Shown one piece after another: positions 28,115 through 37,574 of a stretch of 64,000 nucleotides of DNA; within the stretch, counting starts at the first letter, position 1; each line of letters starts with the position of its first letter. The position numbers and the translations under genes were made by a program. The notes under the pieces were generated by a model, which worked only from the letters and a program-made list of their open reading frames with translations, had not been told where the DNA came from and ran no database searches. This stretch comes from an uncultured Turicimonas sp. GTDB taxonomy: Bacteria > Pseudomonadota > Gammaproteobacteria > Burkholderiales > Burkholderiaceae_F. Where the stretch lies: contig CANTYJ010000071.1 in NCBI GenBank assembly GCA_947854175.1, positions 2,010 through 66,009 of the forward strand, in the 5' to 3' direction.

Positions 28115-30646
28115 ATGGCCAAAACTCTGGTTATTGCTGAAAAACCGTCAGTTGCGACTGATATTGCTAAAACCCTGGGCGGGTTAAAAAAAGTCACTGA
28201 TTATTATGAAGGCGATGAATACATCGTCGCCTCTGCAGTCGGTCACCTTTTAGAAATAAAGGCACCTGAAGAGTATGAAGTTAAAAGAGGGAAATGGAGT
28301 TTCGCTCATCTTCCTGTCATTCCTCCCCATTTCGATTTACAGCCTATTAAAAAATCGGAAGCCAAGCTAAAAACTTTGTCTAAATTAATAAAGCGCAAAG
28401 ACGTCGACAAAATCATTAACGCATGCGACGCGGGACGCGAAGGTGAGCTGATTTTCCGTTATATCATCGAAGCCGTTAAAACGAAAAAAACGACAGAAAG
28501 ACTCTGGCTTCAATCCATGACAAAAGATGCTATCAAGGCTGCTTTCCATCACTTGAGAACAGCTGAAGAAATGCAACCGTTGGCCGATGCTGCTAAAAGC
28601 CGCTCGGAAGCCGATTGGCTGGTCGGCATTAACGGAACCAGAGCCATGACTGCTTTCAATAGCAAAGACGGAGGATTCTTTTTAACGACCGTCGGACGTG
28701 TTCAAACCCCTACTTTAGCCCTTGTAGTCAAACGTGAGAACCTGATCCGTAACTTTGTCCCGAAAGACTACTGGGAAGTTCATGCTGACTTCGGAGTTTC
28801 TGCCGGCTCTTACCATGGAAAGTATTTTGATCCGAACTTTAAAAAATCAACAGATAACACTTTGAAGGCCGATCGCCTTTGGTCTGCTGAAGAGGCACAA
28901 AAAATCGTTGATGCCTGTAAAGGTAAAAAAGGCAAAGTTTCTGAAACTTCCAAACCTTCAACAACAAGTTGCCCTCTTCTTTATGATTTGACAACTCTGC
29001 AGAGAGAAGCCAACTCTCGTTTCGGATTCTCAGCCAAAACTACGCTGGCTATTGCCCAGGCCCTTTATGAAAAACATAAAGTATTGACTTACCCTAGAAC
29101 AGATGCCAGAGCATTGCCGGAAGACTACATTCCGTCCGTTAAAAATATTCTCGGAATGCTCGAATCAACCGGCTGGGGACACTTTGCGACCAAGGTCCTG
29201 AAGAACAATTGGGTCACTTTTAATAAAAAGATTTTCAACAATTCAAAAATCAGCGACCACTTTGCAATTATTCCGACAACTCAGGTTCCTCCTGCTTCTC
29301 TAAGTGAAGCCGAACAAAAAATTTATGACTTGGTTGTCAGACGCTTTATCGCTATTTTTTATCCGTCAGCGCAATTTAAAAATATTTCCCGGATAACTGA
29401 AGTCGAAGGCTATAGTTTTCTTAGTGAAGGAAAGCTCTTAGTGGATCCGGGCTGGATGGCTGTTTATGGGAAAGTTGCCGACACGTCCGGTGAACCAATC
29501 ATGGTTCCGGTAAAAGCCGGTGAAGCGGCTTCCGTCGAACAAATTCATTCAGAACAGTTGGCAACAAAACCGCCTGCCAGATATACCGAAGCTACTCTTT
29601 TGAGTGCTATGGAAAATGCCGGCAAGGAAATTCAGGAAGCTGAATTACGGGATGCCATGAGAGAAAAAGGGATCGGTACGCCGGCCACTCGCGCCTCTAT
29701 TATTGAAGGGCTGGTCTTTCAGAACTATATGATCCGCGAAGGCCGCGAACTCGTTCCGACGGCTAAAGCCCAGCAATTACTGACATTGCTTCATGGGTTG
29801 CATATCAACGTATTATCAGAGGCTGAGTTGACAGGCGAATGGGAGTATCAACTCTCTCAAATCGAAAAAGGCAAACTCTCGCGCAAAGACTTCATGAAGG
29901 AAATTGCAAAACTAACCGAAGAGATTGTTGATAAGGCTAAAAGTTACGGCGCAGATACGGTTCCTATTGAACAACCGGCTGACCTTACGGCTAAATGCCC
30001 GAAATGTCATTCTCCGATGGTTGAGCAATACAAGCGCTTTGCTTGCTCACACTGTGATTACAGCATTACCAAGCACCCTGGCGGCAGAATGCTTGAACCT
30101 AAAGAAGTAGATCAACTATTTAAAGAAGGACAAATCGGACCCTTAGACGGATTTATCAGCAAGATGGGTCGTCCCTTCTCAGCTATTCTTAAGCTTGGTC
30201 CCGCTCCGGATTACAAACTCGATTTCGACTTTGGGAATAAAGAGGAAGAAACTCCTAAGGAACCGGTTGATATCACTAAGCTTGAATCTATCGGTACCTG
30301 TCCAATCTGTGGCAAACGGGTATTAGAAACAGAAAACGCTTACGTCTGTGAGAATGCCCTTGATCCGAATGCCAAGAAGAAATGTACCTTCCGCAGTGGT
30401 AAAGTCATCCTTCAGCAACCGATCGAGGCGGAACAGATGAAGAAGTTGTTGTCGACAGGCACGACAGACTTGTTGACCAAATTTATTTCTAACCGTACAA
30501 AACGTCCCTTCTCAGCTTATCTGGTTTTAGAAAAAGGCGGTAAAGTCGGATTTAAATTCGAAGAAAAAAAGCCTAAGACAGCTGCAGCTAAGACAACAAC
30601 CACCGGTCGGGCAAAAACCGTAAGAAAAACCGCCGAACCGGGTTAA
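28115..30646 (+). CDS. topB: DNA topoisomerase III with C-terminal zinc ribbons and repeat domains
   Basis: 843 aa. Motifs LVIAEKPSVA, Toprim DAGREGELIF, active-site LTYPRTD. CxxC...CxxC fingers, two GRPFSA-type C-terminal repeats and a K/T-rich tail. Confidence 0.85.
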   Translation: MAKTLVIAEKPSVATDIAKTLGGLKKVTDYYEGDEYIVASAVGHLLEIKAPEEYEVKRGKWSFAHLPVIPPHFDLQPIKKSEAKLKTLSKLIKRKDVDKIINACDAGREGELIFRYIIEAVKTKKTTERLWLQSMTKDAIKAAFHHLRTAEEMQPLADAAKSRSEADWLVGINGTRAMTAFNSKDGGFFLTTVGRVQTPTLALVVKRENLIRNFVPKDYWEVHADFGVSAGSYHGKYFDPNFKKSTDNTLKADRLWSAEEAQKIVDACKGKKGKVSETSKPSTTSCPLLYDLTTLQREANSRFGFSAKTTLAIAQALYEKHKVLTYPRTDARALPEDYIPSVKNILGMLESTGWGHFATKVLKNNWVTFNKKIFNNSKISDHFAIIPTTQVPPASLSEAEQKIYDLVVRRFIAIFYPSAQFKNISRITEVEGYSFLSEGKLLVDPGWMAVYGKVADTSGEPIMVPVKAGEAASVEQIHSEQLATKPPARYTEATLLSAMENAGKEIQEAELRDAMREKGIGTPATRASIIEGLVFQNYMIREGRELVPTAKAQQLLTLLHGLHINVLSEAELTGEWEYQLSQIEKGKLSRKDFMKEIAKLTEEIVDKAKSYGADTVPIEQPADLTAKCPKCHSPMVEQYKRFACSHCDYSITKHPGGRMLEPKEVDQLFKEGQIGPLDGFISKMGRPFSAILKLGPAPDYKLDFDFGNKEEETPKEPVDITKLESIGTCPICGKRVLETENAYVCENALDPNAKKKCTFRSGKVILQQPIEAEQMKKLLSTGTTDLLTKFISNRTKRPFSAYLVLEKGGKVGFKFEEKKPKTAAAKTTTTGRAKTVRKTAEPG

Positions 30647-30649
30647 AAA

Positions 30650-30702
30650 CAAAGCAAGGAAGGATGATGTATTAGATTTTCCTTCCTTATAACCTTGCTT
30701 TG
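30650..30702 (+). repeat. Long interrupted inverted repeat directly after the topB stop
   Basis: CAAAGCAAGG (30650-59) pairs perfectly with CCTTGCTTTG (30693-702). Inner AAGGA (30660-64) pairs with TCCTT (30684-88). 4-nt bulge ATAA. No T-run follows. Confidence 0.8.
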
Positions 30703-30716
30703 TAGGGAAATACCAA

Positions 30717-30738
30717 GGCCGGAAAACCTCCGGCCTTT
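30717..30738. terminator. Hairpin terminator between convergent topB and the FmdE-like gene
   Basis: GGCCGGA/TCCGGCC stem, AAACC loop, TTT on the plus side. Confidence 0.55.
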
Positions 30739-30750
30739 ACTTACTGAGCT

Positions 30751-31281
30751 TTAACCGACAATTTCAATTTTCATGAGATCAGGAATTTCGCTGTTCAAAA
30801 CGGCATCATAGAGTTTGCCTTTAAAGCCAATCCATGTCTCTGTCTCCTCGGCCGTAGCTGTACCGGTATAAAACTTTCGTCCGGCCGCTAAAAATTCAGG
30901 AGATACAATTCCATCAACAGCTGTGAGTTTCATGACCTTATTGCCGTAGCCGATCTCAAAATACAGTTTTCCAAAAATACATTCCGGTGCTTTGATATCC
31001 TCAGCCGGTAACGCCATAAATCGTTTGCGGGTCACACATCTGCCTATCATCTCGGCAGAATCTGTAATGCCGGGTCCCGGAAAAGCCGTTTTTAACGTAA
31101 TTAGATCGCGCCTGGCAACTTCTCCTTCAGAGACGAGTTTGTCCAGGGCATACTTCATCATACGAAAGCATAATGCCAAACCGCCGCAGCGTTTCAAACC
31201 ATGGTACTGTTCACAGTCAGCAAGAGTTAACGTAGTAACTGTCTTTCCGTCCTGGGTTACTTTAATTTCTTCAGTTTTCAT
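30751..31281 (-). CDS. Hypothetical protein, FmdE-like (tentative)
   Basis: 176 aa. YHGLKRCGGLALCFRMMKYAL and GITDSAEMIGRC loosely resemble the FmdE-domain HGHxCPG / CxxD regions, but key residues differ. Confidence 0.3.
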   Translation of the reverse strand: MKTEEIKVTQDGKTVTTLTLADCEQYHGLKRCGGLALCFRMMKYALDKLVSEGEVARRDLITLKTAFPGPGITDSAEMIGRCVTRKRFMALPAEDIKAPECIFGKLYFEIGYGNKVMKLTAVDGIVSPEFLAAGRKFYTGTATAEETETWIGFKGKLYDAVLNSEIPDLMKIEIVG

Positions 31282-31305
31282 TGCAATATCCTTGTAAAGT
31301 CCTGT

Positions 31306-32247
31306 TTATTGAAAGGCAATTGGGAGCACGAGCTTTTCGATATCTACATCGTGTCTAATCATTCCATTGTCCCGAAGGAACTTTTCATTAACTTTTAGGT
31401 CCTCGATGTCCTTCTGATTCATTTTGTCGAAATAATGGCTTCTGGCAATTAAAGTCTTGGCATCTTCAACAGAAATTTTGTGTTCTTTGGCGCCCATCTC
31501 TGCCGTTTCCTGCGGGTGCTGTTTCATCCATGCCAATGATTCTTTGTAAACCTTATTTATCCGTTTCACAATTTCGGGATGCTCTTTAGCAAATTTCTCT
31601 GTCGTCGTCATAACCAGTGTCGGTTCCACTAAGCCTTCAGCACTGATGATCGTTTTGGCGCCGCCCTTGTTGGCCTTTATCAATGCACTGGAAGCAACCA
31701 AAGCAGCATCTGCTCTGCCGGCCATAACGGCACTCAGAGCCTTTGGAATACCCATGCTGACAAAATTAACGTCACTTTCCTTCATTCCTTCTTTTTCCAA
31801 GGCAGCAACCAGAAGCTGATGTAAGAAAGTTCCTTTCGGACCAACAACCTGCTTACCTTTCAAGTCTTTGACGGTTAAAGTTGTGCCGGGTTTTGAGACG
31901 ATTGCAAAGTTAGATGTCGGATGTGCTGTTCCGGTAACCACTCTCACAGGCAACCCTTCAGAATTAAGCATTAGAAGAGCAGCTGTGTTCATGTTGCCGG
32001 CAATGTCCAGACTTTCTGCAGCCATTGCTTTAGCGGCCTCAGGACTTGTTCCCATGTTGTGCCAATTAATTTTTATGCCGTCTTTTTCAAATTCTTTTTC
32101 CAGAAGCTTGTGATCTTTCATCACAAGCAACTGCAGAACAAACGGTGGTTTGACGTAGGAAATATTCAATTCCTTGAGTGGAGTTGCAGCCAAGGCCAAG
32201 GCAGAAAATGTCAGTAGCCCGGCAGTTAATACAGATTTCAAAAACAT
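31306..32247 (-). CDS. Periplasmic substrate-binding protein, NMT1/THI5-SsuA/TauA-like (NitT/TauT family), orphan
   Basis: 313 aa. Signal peptide MFLKSVLTAGLLTFSALALA. Type-2 PBP pattern. No permease or ATPase gene adjacent. Confidence 0.7.
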   Translation of the reverse strand: MFLKSVLTAGLLTFSALALAATPLKELNISYVKPPFVLQLLVMKDHKLLEKEFEKDGIKINWHNMGTSPEAAKAMAAESLDIAGNMNTAALLMLNSEGLPVRVVTGTAHPTSNFAIVSKPGTTLTVKDLKGKQVVGPKGTFLHQLLVAALEKEGMKESDVNFVSMGIPKALSAVMAGRADAALVASSALIKANKGGAKTIISAEGLVEPTLVMTTTEKFAKEHPEIVKRINKVYKESLAWMKQHPQETAEMGAKEHKISVEDAKTLIARSHYFDKMNQKDIEDLKVNEKFLRDNGMIRHDVDIEKLVLPIAFQ

Positions 32248-32373
32248 CTAACTCTCCTTAAGAGTTTTGGTTCCGGGAAAAATTTAGTAAGCAGGTAGCC
32301 AGCTAAACAGTAATGAGAATTATATTCATTATTGTTTATTAGGATAAAAATCAGAATATTAAAATTACGCATA

Positions 32374-32406
32374 CAAAAAAATCTCCCGCGTACGGCAAGG
32401 AGATTT
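32374..32406 (-). terminator. Intrinsic terminator of the CNNM/CorC gene
   Basis: On the minus strand, AAATCTCC/GGAGATTT 8-bp stem, 12-nt loop, U-run of 7. Confidence 0.75.
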
Positions 32407-32426
32407 AACTTTGATTCGTATGTTTT

Positions 32427-33743
32427 TTAATTCAATGTTTCGGTTTCATCCGGACTTGATTCGACTTTTGTCACCAGAATTTGGTCTATTCGGTTTCTTT
32501 CGACGTCGATCACTTCAAACTTATAGCCCTCATAAATGAAACTATCCGTCAGTTTCGGCACTTTTCTTAGCATGTACATCATGAAGCCGGCGACTGTTTC
32601 ATAGGTTTCATCATCAGGAAGTTCCCCGAAATCAAAAACTCTTTCGACGTCATCAATCGGTGTTGACCCGTCGATCAGCCACGATCCGTCCGCTCTCTGA
32701 ACTATCTGAGCATCTTCTGGTGTCGACACAAAGTCTCCCATCACAGTACTCATGATGTCATTTAAAGTAATGACACCGACTGTCAGCGCATACTCATTGA
32801 CGACCACTGCAAAATCGCCTCGTTTATTTTTGAACAGTTCCAGAACCTCTGAAAGAGACAATGAGTCCGGAACGGCGGGAAGAGGATTAATAAAATTCTC
32901 ATCCTTAAGTGAGAATTTTTGCCCTTCAATTACTTTTCTAAGCAATTCTTTCGAATCAACGTAGCCGATCACATGATCGATATCTCTGTCGCAGACCGGG
33001 AACTTGTTGTGCGGGCTTCCGGCAATCTTTTTTGCAATACTGTCATAGGATTCGTCCAGCGTGAAGTACACAATAAAATCTCTGGCAGTCATTGCGCTGG
33101 GGACTAAACGACTTTCAAGATCCATCACATTTTCAATGGCAGCCTGCTCGCTTGGAGCCAACAAACCGGCTTCTCCGCCTGCTTCTACTGTTGCAACAAT
33201 ATCTTCTTCAGTCAACTTGTTATTGTTCTTAGTCGGCAAACCTAACATTTTTAAAATGGCTGTCGACAGTGCTGTTAAAACCCAAACTAATGGTTTGAGA
33301 AGCATAATCAGCAACAGCATTGAGCGGATAAGTTTGACTGAGATGGTCTCCGGACGGCTAAGGCCGACACGCTTAGGAATTAAGTCTGCAAACATGATGA
33401 ACAAGAACGTCACCAGTACAAACGATGCTCCCACAGAAACCGTTCTCACGATATCCGCCGGCAGAAACGGTGCAAGAAACTCTTCAAAAATGACGGTAAA
33501 AGTCGGTTCACCGACGATACCGCCTAAGATGGCAACCGCATTGATGCCGATTTGAATAACGGAGAAAAACGGACCCGGTTTCTCTTGAAGTTTGAGAACA
33601 AGACGGGCCCTTTCATCCCCGGCCTCTTCCATTTGTGTTAGACGGACTTTTCTGGAACCGGCCAGGGAGATTTCGGCGATCGCGAAATACGCGGCCGCCA
33701 TAATCAACAGAACTATTCCAATTAATCTTAGAGTTATATCCAC
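32427..33743 (-). CDS. Hemolysin-family / CNNM transporter (DUF21 TM domain + CBS pair + CorC_HlyC)
   Basis: 438 aa. N-terminal 4-TM DUF21 (FAIAEISLAGSRKVRL), a CBS pair and the C-terminal transporter-associated domain (DGSWLIDGSTPIDDV). Confidence 0.85.
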   Translation of the reverse strand: MDITLRLIGIVLLIMAAAYFAIAEISLAGSRKVRLTQMEEAGDERARLVLKLQEKPGPFFSVIQIGINAVAILGGIVGEPTFTVIFEEFLAPFLPADIVRTVSVGASFVLVTFLFIMFADLIPKRVGLSRPETISVKLIRSMLLLIMLLKPLVWVLTALSTAILKMLGLPTKNNNKLTEEDIVATVEAGGEAGLLAPSEQAAIENVMDLESRLVPSAMTARDFIVYFTLDESYDSIAKKIAGSPHNKFPVCDRDIDHVIGYVDSKELLRKVIEGQKFSLKDENFINPLPAVPDSLSLSEVLELFKNKRGDFAVVVNEYALTVGVITLNDIMSTVMGDFVSTPEDAQIVQRADGSWLIDGSTPIDDVERVFDFGELPDDETYETVAGFMMYMLRKVPKLTDSFIYEGYKFEVIDVERNRIDQILVTKVESSPDETETLN

Positions 33744-33806
33744 AATCTTCCTCTTGTTTAACCTGACATTATCTCAGATTGAGGAAAATTCTCCCAATTG
33801 AGAGCT

Positions 33807-34115
33807 TTATAAATAAGGATTAGTCCTATATATCCTCCTGATTTGGTTACGCAACTGTTGGGTCTCTCCTATGAAATGAATCAACAGCGCTAATGAATTG
33901 GCATCCAACTGGAAGCTGTTTCTCAACCGGGCAGCCTTTTTAAAAACCACTACGGTACTGACGGAGGTGACGCCGTCAGACATAAATTCATCCAAGGCAC
34001 CCAGCTCTCTTAATTCATTAAAAACATCTTCCGGAATACCGCTTAATTTCTGAAGTTCATCCATGTTCAGAGTTTCTAATGAAGTTTGAATCTGTGTTAC
34101 TAAAGCCTGACTCAT
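33807..34115 (-). CDS. cbpM: Chaperone modulator CbpM (MerR-like)
   Basis: 102 aa, immediately downstream of cbpA. Size and position are typical; the sequence motif itself is weak. Confidence 0.65.
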   Translation of the reverse strand: MSQALVTQIQTSLETLNMDELQKLSGIPEDVFNELRELGALDEFMSDGVTSVSTVVVFKKAARLRNSFQLDANSLALLIHFIGETQQLRNQIRRIYRTNPYL

Positions 34116-34127
34116 ATTATTAACTCC

Positions 34128-35066
34128 TTATAGATCAGCTCTGGGATTAAAACTCGAAATCTCAGATAGTTTCTTATAAAGCTCTTTCTCTTCTTCGGTC
34201 GGTTCAGGTGGAACCACGATAGAAAGAACGAGATAGAAGTCGCCTGGGTCTCCCTTCTTATTCGGGAATCCTTTACCGGGGATTCTGATCTTTTGTCCTG
34301 CCCTCGCACCGGCCGGAATCTTGACCGACACCTTCTTACCGGATAACAACGGAATAACCGCTTCTGTGCCAAGAACAGCTTCGTAAGGTGCTAATGGCAC
34401 GGACAAATAAACATCTCGGCCTTCGACCTTAAACTTACCGCTTTCAATGATATTAATTGTGATGTAAAGATTGCCGTTGGGACCTCCGTTATATCCTAAG
34501 CCACCTTTACCGGTTAATCTCAGCCTCTGTCCGTCTATTGTTCCGGCAGGGACCTTGATTTCAAGAGTCTTGGTCACATGGCGGACACTACCGTCGGCTT
34601 GCTCTTCGGGTTCTCTTAGAGACAGGCTGACAGAAGTACCGTTAAAGGCTTGTTCAGGCGTAATTTCAACAGCTGCCTCCAAGTCTTCCCCTGCCATTGC
34701 TCTTTGTCTGGAAGCTCTGGCACCGCCCATCTGACTAAACAGATCAGCAAAATCAAATCCTGCGCCTCCGAAATCAAAGTTTGAAGCTCCGCCTTCACCG
34801 AATCCACCGAATCCGCCCCAACCCGGAGGCGGTTCAAAATGGCTTCCGCCGGCCCGTTGCCCTAATTGGTCATAGGCCGCTTTCTTTTCAGGATCGGATA
34901 AAGTCTGATAGGCTTCATTGACGTCCTTGAATTTGGCTTCTGCGTCTTTTTCTTTTGAAACATCCGGATGGTACTTATGCGCTAATTTCCGAAAAGCTTT
35001 CTTGATATCGGCTTCGCTGGCATCTCTTTCAAGACCCAGAATCTTGTAATAGTCTTTGTATTCCAT
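34128..35066 (-). CDS. cbpA: Curved DNA-binding protein CbpA (DnaJ-like co-chaperone without zinc finger)
   Basis: 312 aa. J domain [33 protein letters not shown]-rich linker, C-terminal substrate-binding domains. No CxxCxGxG repeats. Confidence 0.85.
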   Translation of the reverse strand: MEYKDYYKILGLERDASEADIKKAFRKLAHKYHPDVSKEKDAEAKFKDVNEAYQTLSDPEKKAAYDQLGQRAGGSHFEPPPGWGGFGGFGEGGASNFDFGGAGFDFADLFSQMGGARASRQRAMAGEDLEAAVEITPEQAFNGTSVSLSLREPEEQADGSVRHVTKTLEIKVPAGTIDGQRLRLTGKGGLGYNGGPNGNLYITINIIESGKFKVEGRDVYLSVPLAPYEAVLGTEAVIPLLSGKKVSVKIPAGARAGQKIRIPGKGFPNKKGDPGDFYLVLSIVVPPEPTEEEKELYKKLSEISSFNPRADL

Positions 35067-35322
35067 AACACAAACCCTTCTGAAGTCCCAATAGTTTGTG
35101 CGATTTTTAAAGTAGTAACCGGTTCATTGAGTAAAAATGGGTTATGAGTGCTTCGATTTCTTTTTTTGTAGCCTCAAATAGAAAAATTACTGCATATTTT
35201 TTGATTGACTGCATAATTCTTTCTTACATTTTTCGATCTCTTACATCAATGCTGTAAACTTTTCTCAATGGGGCCGAACAACCCCAAAGATAGGATTCCT
35301 CTCAAATCAAAAGGACAAATAG

Positions 35323-36345
35323 ATGAAAAAACTTGTAATTTCTGCTGCTGTTGCAGCGACATCCTTGATGTTCAGTCAGACCGCTCTGGCCGGTGCCGTC
35401 CTGGATAAGATCAAGAAAGACGATGTCGTTGTGTGTGGTGTTAACACAGCAGCTCCCGGATTCTCAAATGCTGACAGTCAGGGAAAATGGTCCGGTCTGG
35501 ATGTTGATTATTGCCGCGCTTTAGCCGCAGCAGTTCTCGGCGATGCAAATAAAGTCAAATTTGTTCCTTTGAGCTCTCCTCAGAGATTCTCTGCTTTGCA
35601 GGCAGGTGAAATTGACGTTTTGGCCCGTAATACAACCTGGAACCTAACACGTGACGCATCTCTCGGCGCTGTGTTCGTCGGCACTATTTATTACGATGGC
35701 CAGGGCTTTCTTGTTCCTAAGAAACTTGGCGTTAAGTCTGTCAACGAATTAAACGGCGCAACTATCTGCGTTCAATCCGGAACAAGTAGCGAACCAAGCG
35801 TTGCAGATTACTTCAAAGCTCATAACATGAAGTACAAAGCAGTTATTTTTGATACAACGGAAGCTACCCAGGGAGCATTCCTCTCCGGACGTTGCCAGGT
35901 TTATACAACTGACATGAGCGACTTGGCCGGCGCAAGAACAAAAGCCGCCAACCCGGATGACTACGTCATTTTGCCGGAAGTTATTTCTAAAGAACCGCTC
36001 GGACCTTCCGTCAGACGCGGAGATAACGAATGGTTCCAGATCGCCCGTTGGGTTCTCAATGCTTTCATTGAAGCAGAAGAGTATGGAATCACTAAGGAAA
36101 ATGTCGACCAGCTTAAGAAGACCAGCACCAACCCGAACGTTCAACGTCTGGTCGGTAGCGGGGAAGATATGGGCAAACTGCTCGGTCTCGATAAAGACTG
36201 GTCTTACAGAATCATCAAACAAGTCGGCAATTATGGCGAAAGCTTCGAGAAGAACCTCGGACCAAAAACTCCGTTGGCTCTCCCACGCGGTGTAAACAAC
36301 CAGTGGACAAAAGGCGGTATTCTTTATGCTCCTCCGGTCCGCTAA
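35323..36345 (+). CDS. aapJ: General L-amino acid ABC transporter, substrate-binding protein
   Basis: 340 aa. Signal peptide MKKLVISAAVAATSLMFSQTALA. AapJ/BztA-like PBP followed by two AapQ/AapM-like permeases. Confidence 0.8.
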   Translation: MKKLVISAAVAATSLMFSQTALAGAVLDKIKKDDVVVCGVNTAAPGFSNADSQGKWSGLDVDYCRALAAAVLGDANKVKFVPLSSPQRFSALQAGEIDVLARNTTWNLTRDASLGAVFVGTIYYDGQGFLVPKKLGVKSVNELNGATICVQSGTSSEPSVADYFKAHNMKYKAVIFDTTEATQGAFLSGRCQVYTTDMSDLAGARTKAANPDDYVILPEVISKEPLGPSVRRGDNEWFQIARWVLNAFIEAEEYGITKENVDQLKKTSTNPNVQRLVGSGEDMGKLLGLDKDWSYRIIKQVGNYGESFEKNLGPKTPLALPRGVNNQWTKGGILYAPPVR

Positions 36346-36363
36346 TAATTAGCTAACCTACAG

Positions 36364-36389
36364 AATGGCGGAATTCTCCGCCATTTTTT
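36364..36389 (+). terminator. Intra-operon intrinsic terminator between aapJ and aapQ
   Basis: AATGGCGGA/TCCGCCATT stem, ATTC loop, then T-run. Confidence 0.75.
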
Positions 36390-36407
36390 ACCTTGAATAA
36401 AATCGAT

Positions 36408-37574
36408 ATGGCAGGACCAAAAGGTGATGCTTCCTGGAGACGCCGGGAAAGAAGCAGAAAATTAAAAGAAGGCTTGTGGCAGGGAATTCTGCTATTAATA
36501 TTGATCGCTATTTTCGGATCGTTTGTTTTTAATGTTTCGGAAAATCTTCAAGCCAGAAATATTCATTCCGGGTTCGGTTTCCTTTTTGAACGATCCGGCT
36601 TCGAAATCGGTGAATCTCTTATTACTTTTAACTCTTCCGAAGCATATTTCAAAGCATTCCTTGCCGGAATGCTCAATACCATTAAAGTTTCGGTTTTATC
36701 TATCATCACCGCAACGGTACTTGGTATCATTATCGGGCTGATGCGACTTTCCAAGCATCCCATCCTCAGGTTCCTGGGAGCAGCACACGTTGAGTTTTAC
36801 CGCAATATCCCGCTGCTGGTTCAGCTTCTGTTGATCTATTTACTCATAACTGAACTTCTTCCTGACTCTTTTGATCCTTTACATTTCGGTTCTTGGGCAG
36901 TCTTGTCAAAAGCAGGATTTCAGTTTGCTATCCCACAAAACTGGCATATACCTTTTTTAATAACAACTTTCTCTTTTGGATTTTGTTGGTGGCTCGTCCG
37001 CAAAATTCTCATGAGAAAAATGACCGGCCTTGTTTCCACCACAATCGGCCTAGGCATTGCGTTCGTTTTTTCGATCATAGTCTGGATAATTTGCGGATAT
37101 AGCTTTGGCTGGTCTAAACCTGAAGTACAACGATTTGCTATCGAGGGAGGAGCCTCTCTTTCACCTGAATTTTTAGCGCTTTGGATTGGGCTAACTTTCT
37201 TTACGTCTGCATCCATTGCAGAAATCTTCAGAGCAGGATTCCTGGCGGTTCCAAAAGGTCAATGGTCGGCCGCTTCTGCCTTGGGTATGTCCAAATCTGA
37301 GGTTGTCAGCTATATTGTCTTTCCACAGGCGCTTAAGCTGGCAGTTCCTCCACTGGCCAGTCAATACATGAACCTAACTAAAAACTCTTCCTTAGCGGTC
37401 GTTGTCGGTTACCCTGATCTGGTTTCCATCGGTAATTCAACGATTAACCTCAATGGTCAGGCACTGGAAGTTATTGTCATTGTGATGTCAGTTTTCCTGA
37501 CATTAAACCTGATCACGGCAGTTTTTATGAACTGGCTAAATGCCAAAGTAACGAGGGGGACACATGGGGCGTAA
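36408..37574 (+). CDS. aapQ: Amino acid ABC transporter permease (AapQ-like)
   Basis: About 388 aa, polytopic, with the EAA-type loop region (SAASALGMSKSEVVSYIVFPQAL). Start uncertain (ATG 36408 versus TTG 36393); neither has a clear RBS. Confidence 0.78.
   Translation: MAGPKGDASWRRRERSRKLKEGLWQGILLLILIAIFGSFVFNVSENLQARNIHSGFGFLFERSGFEIGESLITFNSSEAYFKAFLAGMLNTIKVSVLSIITATVLGIIIGLMRLSKHPILRFLGAAHVEFYRNIPLLVQLLLIYLLITELLPDSFDPLHFGSWAVLSKAGFQFAIPQNWHIPFLITTFSFGFCWWLVRKILMRKMTGLVSTTIGLGIAFVFSIIVWIICGYSFGWSKPEVQRFAIEGGASLSPEFLALWIGLTFFTSASIAEIFRAGFLAVPKGQWSAASALGMSKSEVVSYIVFPQALKLAVPPLASQYMNLTKNSSLAVVVGYPDLVSIGNSTINLNGQALEVIVIVMSVFLTLNLITAVFMNWLNAKVTRGTHGA

Noticed and set aside
32248-32426. Possible TPP (THI-box) riboswitch upstream of the NMT1/THI5-like binding protein
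   Set aside because: I read the minus-strand leader and found no CUGAGA box or conserved ACCUGA/GGGG pairing elements.
34112-34372. 86-aa ORF overlapping the 3' end of cbpA in another frame
   Set aside because: It lies entirely within or overlapping cbpA on the same strand and has an Arg/Ser-rich, low-complexity translation. It is not credible as a gene.
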